From Patescibacteria group bacterium (GTDB lineage: Bacteria; Patescibacteriota; Minisyncoccia; Phycocordibacterales; JAKFXT01), in NCBI GenBank assembly GCA_021731245.1, contig JAKFXT010000008.1:1045-65044 (forward strand): a DNA stretch of 64,000 bases. The letters run 5' to 3'. The notes under the pieces are model-generated. The model saw nothing but the letters and a program-made list of their open reading frames with translations. It was not told the DNA's origin and searched no databases. The position numbers were made by a program, and so were the translations under genes. Below are positions 58,175 to 64,000 of the stretch, piece by piece. The stretch's first letter is position 1. The number at the start of each line of letters is the position of its first letter.

Positions 58175-58702
58175 ATGAGAAATACAATTATAGCGGTAGT
58201 AGCAGTAGCCATCATCGGTGTAGGCGCTTATTTTTATTATTCAAATAAGAAAGACGGCGCTAGTAATCAAATCATTGCATGTACCATGGAAGCTAAAATG
58301 TGCCCCGATGGTTCTGCTGTGGGTCGCTCTGGACCAAACTGTGAATTTGCTAAGTGCCCTGAATACATCACGCTTCCTGCAAGTGGGAATGTGACCATGT
58401 CTCTCGGAGAAAGTATTTCACTCATTAATATGAAACTTACTTTAAATAGTATTAAGGAAGATAGCAGATGCCCAAGTGATGTGACTTGTGTGTGGGTGGG
58501 GAGAGTCGTCGCAAATATTACACTTAGCGATGGCTTCGATACCCCAGTAGAGAGAGATATTGTACTCAGTGGAGCGAAAGAAGGATTTAATAATTATTTT
58601 GTGTCGCTTGTTGGAGTTATGCCAGGGACTATAAGCACTAAAACTATTTCGCCAAGCGAATATCGAGTCACATTCCACATAGATGAGCTTGATGCTAAAT
58701 AA
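58175..58702 (+). CDS. hypothetical membrane-anchored Cys-containing protein
   Basis: N-terminal TM; no family recognised. Confidence 0.3.
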   Translation: MRNTIIAVVAVAIIGVGAYFYYSNKKDGASNQIIACTMEAKMCPDGSAVGRSGPNCEFAKCPEYITLPASGNVTMSLGESISLINMKLTLNSIKEDSRCPSDVTCVWVGRVVANITLSDGFDTPVERDIVLSGAKEGFNNYFVSLVGVMPGTISTKTISPSEYRVTFHIDELDAK

Positions 58703-58726
58703 AATTATCAATAACAATATAAATAT

Positions 58727-58960
58727 ATGAGCACAGAAGAATTTAAATTGGACGGTAAAGATTTGCTAGCGAAAGTAAAAGATTTGATTCATCAGGGGAA
58801 TATACGACGCATAACTATTAAGAATGAAAAGGGGGAATCTATATTAGAGATTCCTCTTACAATTGGTGCGGTTGGTGCGGTGCTCTTGCCTATTTTTGCA
58901 GCTGTGGGAGCACTGGCTGCGCTTCTTGCTAATTGTTCTATTGTTGTAGAGAAGAAATAA
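58727..58960 (+). CDS. DUF4342-like small membrane protein
   Basis: LIHQGNIRRITIKNEKGESILEIPLTIGAVGAVLLPIFAAVGALAAL pattern recalled for DUF4342. Confidence 0.4.
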   Translation: MSTEEFKLDGKDLLAKVKDLIHQGNIRRITIKNEKGESILEIPLTIGAVGAVLLPIFAAVGALAALLANCSIVVEKK

Positions 58961-59023
58961 ATAAATTGGTTAATTTTTTTTAGCTTCACGCAATATTCAG
59001 TTCCCGCACTCTATTCTTGAGTT

Positions 59024-59686
59024 GTGACTCAAGTAATTTCTGCTTATACAAAAGAGGAAATAAAAGAAAAAAAAGAAAAGATTTTACTCTATATAGTCGG
59101 GGTGTTTTTTGTTATTGCTCAAATTGTTATTTTGAGCGCACTCATTATTGACCCTGAAACACGGCCGCTTTTATTTTGGCTTTGTAATAATTTTTGTTTT
59201 CTTTTAGCCATTGCTTGTTTTCGTAACAATATGCAAATGGTGAAAGGTATTAGTTACGTTGGCTTAATTCCGCAATTGCTTTGGATAACAGATTTTTTAA
59301 CACACTTCTTTGGTTTTGATTTTCTTAATACGGCTGACTACATATTTAGTGAGGGGTTTACTTATGCCAATAAGATTTCTGTTGTGCTTCATATGGTCAT
59401 TCCTATTCTGGTGGTCCTTATTAGTTTTAGAGTTATTCCAAAACTAAGTTCATTACTTTATTCTTTTGGTTACATAGCTTTTCTATATATAGCTACAATT
59501 GCCGGAACTACAGTGAGTAGAGATATTAATTGTATTTTTAATGCCTGTAATCAAAATTTCAATCTTCCTTACAATATTCTTTTGTGGCCAGTATATGTAG
59601 TGATAGTTAGTTTATTGGGGTATATAACTCATTTCATTCTTTATTATATATATAAAGAGATTAGCAATATAAAGACGAGGGTTTAA
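59024..59686 (+). CDS. hypothetical polytopic membrane protein
   Basis: 5-6 predicted TM helices. Confidence 0.3.
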   Translation: MTQVISAYTKEEIKEKKEKILLYIVGVFFVIAQIVILSALIIDPETRPLLFWLCNNFCFLLAIACFRNNMQMVKGISYVGLIPQLLWITDFLTHFFGFDFLNTADYIFSEGFTYANKISVVLHMVIPILVVLISFRVIPKLSSLLYSFGYIAFLYIATIAGTTVSRDINCIFNACNQNFNLPYNILLWPVYVVIVSLLGYITHFILYYIYKEISNIKTRV

Positions 59687-59728
59687 ATTCTTCATACTCG
59701 CTTCAGTAACTTAATTATATTGTGATGT

Positions 59729-60034
59729 ATGGCTGATATTGTCCAAGCTGATATTTTTTTCTTTATCACAACGATAGCGGTCATAGTAGTAGGTATTGGA
59801 CTGGTGATTTTTTTGTATTACGCGATCACTATTACGCAAGACATACGCTTTATAGTTAAAAAGGTGCGCAAATTGAGTGATGAATTTGAAAAGGATTTTG
59901 TAGACATGAGAGCGCAAATAAAAAGTGAAGGACTTCGTATAGGGACAATATTCAATTTTATTTCCAGGTTTTTTAAAAGTAAAAGCTCTAAGTCGAGAGC
60001 GAATAAAAAAGAAAGTGAAAGAGATGGAGAATAA
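59729..60034 (+). CDS. hypothetical small membrane protein
   Basis: one TM helix. Confidence 0.25.
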   Translation: MADIVQADIFFFITTIAVIVVGIGLVIFLYYAITITQDIRFIVKKVRKLSDEFEKDFVDMRAQIKSEGLRIGTIFNFISRFFKSKSSKSRANKKESERDGE

Positions 60035-60055
60035 TTAATAATTTATTTATTTAAT

Positions 60056-60463
60056 ATGGCAAAAATAAAAAAAGGGATGTCAACAAGTAATATGGTGGCT
60101 GTGGGAGTGGGGGCCGCAACCGTTGCGGTTGCGGCGGTTGGCGCATATTGGTTCTATGGTTCTAATGATGCCTCAAAGCACAGAAAAAGTGCCAGAAGCT
60201 GGATGTTGAAGGCCAGAGGAGAAGTACTTGAAGCAGTGGAAAATGTAATTGAAAAAGTAGGTGAAATAGATAAGGAAAAGTATATGAGTATTGTGGAAGA
60301 TGTACTCAAGAGATATTCAAAGCTTGCTGGAGTGACGCAAGATGAGATGGCTCAAATGACTCGTGATATGAAGGCCGCTTGGCAGCATATGCAAAAAGCA
60401 AGAAAGAGTAGTGTTTCAAAAATAAAAAAGGCAGTTAAAAATACAATGAAAACGAAGAGCTAA
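60056..60463 (+). CDS. hypothetical membrane-anchored helical protein
   Basis: Ala/Val-rich TM then K/E-rich helix. Confidence 0.25.
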   Translation: MAKIKKGMSTSNMVAVGVGAATVAVAAVGAYWFYGSNDASKHRKSARSWMLKARGEVLEAVENVIEKVGEIDKEKYMSIVEDVLKRYSKLAGVTQDEMAQMTRDMKAAWQHMQKARKSSVSKIKKAVKNTMKTKS

Positions 60464-60484
60464 AGAGATCGTATAATTACAGAG

Positions 60485-61024
60485 ATGAATATAAAACAAT
60501 TTTATATGGGTAGGGCAGTAGGATTTGTTATTGTCGCTATTGTTGTGGCAGCTGTTTTTTGGTTTTTTGAATTTGATAAAATAGGCACGGTTGTGAAGGA
60601 AGAGCTTAATCAGAACTGGAAAACGATAACTAATCCTCAAGGAGTAACATTCCAATACCCTGAAAAACTCGGAACTACTTATATATCAGCAGTAGAATGG
60701 CCACCTGAAATTAGTTTAATCAAGGAAAAATTTGTTTGCGTAGAGTCTGGTACGGAAGTGAGTTCCAATGGGCAGATTCAAAAAGTAACGGTAGAAAATA
60801 AGACTTATTGTTTAACGAAACAGGCTGAAGGAGCGGCGGGCAGTACTTATATTAAATATACATACACTTCGGCCTTAGCCTCAGAAATGCTTGCAACCGT
60901 GAAGTTTGATTTACGTTTTGTGCAATGTGCCAATTACGACGAACCTAAGAAGGGCGAGTGTGAGGTAGAAAGAGAAAAATTTGATATCAATAGTATAATA
61001 AATAGTATTGTTAAAACAATTTAA
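60485..61024 (+). CDS. hypothetical membrane-anchored protein
   Basis: one N-terminal TM. Confidence 0.25.
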   Translation: MNIKQFYMGRAVGFVIVAIVVAAVFWFFEFDKIGTVVKEELNQNWKTITNPQGVTFQYPEKLGTTYISAVEWPPEISLIKEKFVCVESGTEVSSNGQIQKVTVENKTYCLTKQAEGAAGSTYIKYTYTSALASEMLATVKFDLRFVQCANYDEPKKGECEVEREKFDINSIINSIVKTI

Positions 61025-61038
61025 TTAATTTAATAATT

Positions 61039-61917
61039 ATGCAGAAAATTACACCCCATTTGTGGTTTGATAAAGAAGCTAAGGAAGCCACTCAATTTTA
61101 TGTTGATGTCTTTAAAGAAGGGAAAATAAATAATATAAGTGTAATAAAAGACACTCCATCAGGGGATTGTGACATGGTAAGTTTCGAACTTTTTGGGCAA
61201 AAGTTTATGGCCATAAGTGCGGGGCCATATTTTAAGTTAAATCCCGCAATTTCTATGTTTGTAGTTTTTGATAATGAAGCAGAAATTGAAGAGGTTTGGA
61301 ATAAGCTTGTTGATGGAGGGAAAGCTCTTATGGAGTACAACACGTATCCTTGGGCGAAAAAATATGGCTGGCTTCAAGATAAGTACGGCGTATCTTGGCA
61401 ATTGTCTTGGAGCGAAAACCATAAAATGGAAAAAAGAATTACTCCGCTTTTAATGTTTACTCAAAGTGGAGCTGGAAAAGCAAAAGAAGCGATTGAAGAA
61501 TATACAAAAATTTTCCCAAGTTCAAAAGTGGAAATGCTGGTACCGTATGAAAAGGGAGATGGAGATAAAGAAGGTTATATAAAACATTCAAGATTCTCTT
61601 TGAATGGAGAAAACTTTATGGCCATGGATAGTTCGGGACCACATCAATTTATTTTTAATGAAGCAATATCTTTTGTTGTTAAGTGTGATGATCAAGAAGA
61701 GATAGATCATTATTGGGGCAAACTTTCAGCCTACCCTGAATCAGAGCAATGTGGCTGGCTTAAAGATAAGTACGGTGTGTCTTGGCAAATTGTGCCGAGT
61801 GCTATGGATAAAATGATGACAGAAGGGACTCCGGAACAAATGAAAAGAGTGACACAATCTTTTTTGAAAATGAAAAAGTTTGATATTGTGGAATTAGAAA
61901 AAGCTTACAATGGGTAG
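61039..61917 (+). CDS. tandem-domain VOC-superfamily protein (PhnB / 3-demethylubiquinone-9 3-methyltransferase-like domains x2)
   Basis: two repeats of HLWFD...YGWLQDKYGVSWQL pattern. Confidence 0.6.
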   Translation: MQKITPHLWFDKEAKEATQFYVDVFKEGKINNISVIKDTPSGDCDMVSFELFGQKFMAISAGPYFKLNPAISMFVVFDNEAEIEEVWNKLVDGGKALMEYNTYPWAKKYGWLQDKYGVSWQLSWSENHKMEKRITPLLMFTQSGAGKAKEAIEEYTKIFPSSKVEMLVPYEKGDGDKEGYIKHSRFSLNGENFMAMDSSGPHQFIFNEAISFVVKCDDQEEIDHYWGKLSAYPESEQCGWLKDKYGVSWQIVPSAMDKMMTEGTPEQMKRVTQSFLKMKKFDIVELEKAYNG

Positions 61918-61955
61918 TTATTATTAATTCAACTAATTAAATTAAATCAAAATAT

Positions 61956-62324
61956 ATGGCATACGTAGATGGATATGTTCTTGTGGTCAAAAAGAAAAAT
62001 ATAAAAGCTTATACTGAAATGGCAAAGATGGGGGGAAAATTATGGCGCAAATACGGAGCGTTGGATTATAAGGAATGTATTGCAGATGATATGAAGCCAA
62101 ACAAATATGTGACACTTACATTTTCTAAATTAGTGAAATTAAAAAAAGAAGAAACAGTTTGGTTTTCATATATTGTCTTTAAATCACGAAAGCACAGAGA
62201 CATAGTCAATAAAAAAGTAATGAAAGACCCATCAATGAACGACCCTAAATATAAAGATATGCCAATGCCATTTGATATGAAGAAAATGGCTTATGCTGGT
62301 TTCAAGACAATGGTTGAGGCCTAA
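61956..62324 (+). CDS. DUF1428 family protein
   Basis: MAYVDGYVLVVKKKNIKAYTEMAKMGGKLWRKYGALDYKECIADD matches DUF1428 N-terminal consensus. Confidence 0.55.
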   Translation: MAYVDGYVLVVKKKNIKAYTEMAKMGGKLWRKYGALDYKECIADDMKPNKYVTLTFSKLVKLKKEETVWFSYIVFKSRKHRDIVNKKVMKDPSMNDPKYKDMPMPFDMKKMAYAGFKTMVEA

Positions 62325-62345
62325 ATTATAAGTAACAATAAAAAA

Positions 62346-63143
62346 ATGAGTAGAACCGCTTACATAATAATAGTTGTCCTTGTTATTGCGGGAGCTTTTT
62401 TAGCATTCAAGAAAGACAATGATGATGTGGGACAAATGAAAAATGCAGAAATGTTAAAGCAAGAAAATAATACAGAAATTGTAATAGAAACAGATGTGCA
62501 GTATTTCGAAGGAGCGAAAGGTTACTTTGTTCGTCCCAAAGCAGAAGGGAATTATCCTGGAGTCATTATGATTCATGAAAATAGAGGTCTTCGTCCAGAA
62601 ATAAAAGATACAGCTGAACAACTCGCTAAAGTAGGTTATATGGTTCTTGCGGTGGACTTGCTTGGAGGAGTAGCAGAAGATCAGACGGGAGCGAGAGAAT
62701 TAACTTCCAAATTTAATCAGGTAAAGGGAGTAGAAAATATGAAAGCAGCTGTCGCATATTTGAAGAGTAAGGGTGTTACCAAGGTCGCATCTTTAGGCTG
62801 GTGCTTTGGCGGAAAACAATCTGTAGAACTTTCAATTTCTGGAGAAAAGCTGGACGCAACAGTTGTCTATTACGGTGGCAATATGGCGACAAGCACAGAG
62901 CGCCTTGCTCCTATAAAGTGGCCAGTACTTGGAATATTCGGAGATAAGGACCAGGCTATACCAGTTGAAATGGTTCGTACGTTTGAATCATCCCTTAATA
63001 CTTTGGGTGTAAAAAATGAAATACATATTTATCCGGGTGTAGGACACGCCTTTGCAAATCCATCTGGAGCAAGTTATGCGCCAAATGAAACGAAAGATGC
63101 TTGGGCGAAGACGGTAGAGTTTCTAAGAAAAAATCTCAAGTAA
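62346..63143 (+). CDS. dienelactone hydrolase family protein, membrane-anchored
   Basis: YPGVIMIHENRGL, nucleophile elbow GWCFGG, C-terminal His region GVGHAF. Confidence 0.65.
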   Translation: MSRTAYIIIVVLVIAGAFLAFKKDNDDVGQMKNAEMLKQENNTEIVIETDVQYFEGAKGYFVRPKAEGNYPGVIMIHENRGLRPEIKDTAEQLAKVGYMVLAVDLLGGVAEDQTGARELTSKFNQVKGVENMKAAVAYLKSKGVTKVASLGWCFGGKQSVELSISGEKLDATVVYYGGNMATSTERLAPIKWPVLGIFGDKDQAIPVEMVRTFESSLNTLGVKNEIHIYPGVGHAFANPSGASYAPNETKDAWAKTVEFLRKNLK

Positions 63144-63168
63144 GAATATTATTAGTGATTAAATACAT

Positions 63169-63570
63169 ATGAATAGAGTTGTACATTTTGAAGTTCAAGC
63201 AGATGATTGCGAAAGAGCGATTAAGTTTTATAAAGAAATTTTTGGTTGGGAATTTATAAAGTGGGATGGCTCCCCAACGCCGTATTGGATGCTTATGACG
63301 GCGCCGAAGGACAGTAAAGAACCAGGCATTAATGGGGGGTTGCTTCCACGACCTGCTAAGTCTCCAGCTAAAGAGTGTGGGGCAAATTCTTTTGTTTGTA
63401 CTGTACAAGTTGAAAATTATGATGAAATGGAAAAGAAAATACTGGAAATGGGTGGGGTAATAATGATGCCAAAGTTTGCAATCCCCGGTATGGCTTGGCA
63501 AGGATATTATTTAGATACAGAAGGAAATGGCTTTGGAATACATCAGGCAGATGTGGACGCTAAGATGTAA
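63169..63570 (+). CDS. VOC/glyoxalase-bleomycin-resistance family protein
   Basis: HFEVQADDCERAIKFYKEIFGWEF typical VOC N-terminal beta-alpha-beta-beta-beta module. Confidence 0.6.
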   Translation: MNRVVHFEVQADDCERAIKFYKEIFGWEFIKWDGSPTPYWMLMTAPKDSKEPGINGGLLPRPAKSPAKECGANSFVCTVQVENYDEMEKKILEMGGVIMMPKFAIPGMAWQGYYLDTEGNGFGIHQADVDAKM

Positions 63571-63589
63571 AAAGTGTATAGAATAGGGA

Positions 63590-64000
63590 ATGGCTGTATC
63601 ACAAACTAAATACGATGTAATTGTAGTTGGAGGGGGCGCGTCAGGGCTAATGGCGGCAGGACGTGCGGCGGAGCGAGGACTACGTGTTCTTTTGCTTGAG
63701 AAAAATAGAAAACTAGCTGAGAAATTAAGAATTTCAGGTGGAGGCCGTTGCAATATAACTAACGCTGAATATGACCCACACATTTTGCTTCGCGCTTACG
63801 GAAAAGCAGAACAATTTCTTTACTCGCTTTTTGCGCAGTTTGGAGTGAAGGAAACCTTTTCATTTTTTGAGAAAAAGGGATTGCCACTCGTCGTGCAAGC
63901 GAGAAAGCGTGCTTTTCCTAAAACAGAAAAAGCGGAAGATGTGGTGAAGATTATGGAAAAATATGTGCGTGATGGGAAAGTAATAATTCGCACAGGAGTA
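63590..64000 (+). CDS. HI0933-like FAD-dependent flavoprotein (partial, runs off window end)
   Basis: YDVIVVGGGASGLMAAGRAAERGLRVLLLEKN...GGGRCNITN. Confidence 0.6.
   Translation, partial: MAVSQTKYDVIVVGGGASGLMAAGRAAERGLRVLLLEKNRKLAEKLRISGGGRCNITNAEYDPHILLRAYGKAEQFLYSLFAQFGVKETFSFFEKKGLPLVVQARKRAFPKTEKAEDVVKIMEKYVRDGKVIIRTGV

Overview
This 64 kb window looks like a small, low-GC genome with tightly packed short genes. The truncated IF-2 (499 aa), short DnaX (355 aa), VirB2/TrbC-like pilin paralogs and a DUF5667 anti-sigma factor are consistent with a Patescibacteria/CPR-type organism. That assignment is inference from gene content only. Confidently recognisable core genes are trxB, ftsZ, ftsA, lepB, pth, rpsA, gyrA, infB-rbfA, clpB, miaA, a peroxiredoxin, parB, rel/spoT, dprA-topA, serS, a dus gene, dnaX, rpmG (a 52-aa ORF missed by the ORF track) and nine tRNAs. 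The nine tRNAs are Leu-TAG, Lys-CTT, Leu-TAA, Cys-GCA, Tyr-GTA, Trp-CCA, Leu-CAA and Gln-TTG, plus a duplicated fragment of tRNA-Cys. Accessory content includes a FecR-domain / CHASE2 adenylate cyclase pair, an ECF sigma / anti-sigma pair, an LRR protein, a DUF4145 (HEPN-like) protein and a tandem array of four pilin-like genes. The right end carries a run of small detoxification-type enzymes (tandem VOC, DUF1428, dienelactone hydrolase, glyoxalase, flavoproteins). The most striking pattern is about ten short GC-rich, GC3-rich insertions scattered between AT-rich housekeeping genes. Each is a one- or two-gene unit for a small secreted, membrane, lipoprotein or Cys-rich protein, and each has its own near-consensus sigma70-like promoter and a strong hairpin terminator. 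Two adjacent units share an almost identical ~30 bp promoter module. I suspect horizontally acquired cargo, possibly from a higher-GC donor or host, but I cannot test that here. A second novelty is a dispersed family of ~90-100 nt structured intergenic elements (at least five copies, several next to tRNAs). They share a conserved core and a hairpin whose stem changes with compensatory substitutions between copies. Other oddities: an ArsR gene bracketed by two identical 30 bp perfect palindromes; a repeat-rich tRNA cluster containing a duplicated tRNA-Cys 3' fragment; a Lys-rich basic ORF broken at an A7 run; and a structured ~185 nt non-coding region after rpmG-tRNA-Trp. No CRISPR array, rRNA or obvious transposase was seen. 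All compositional statements are by eye, not computed.
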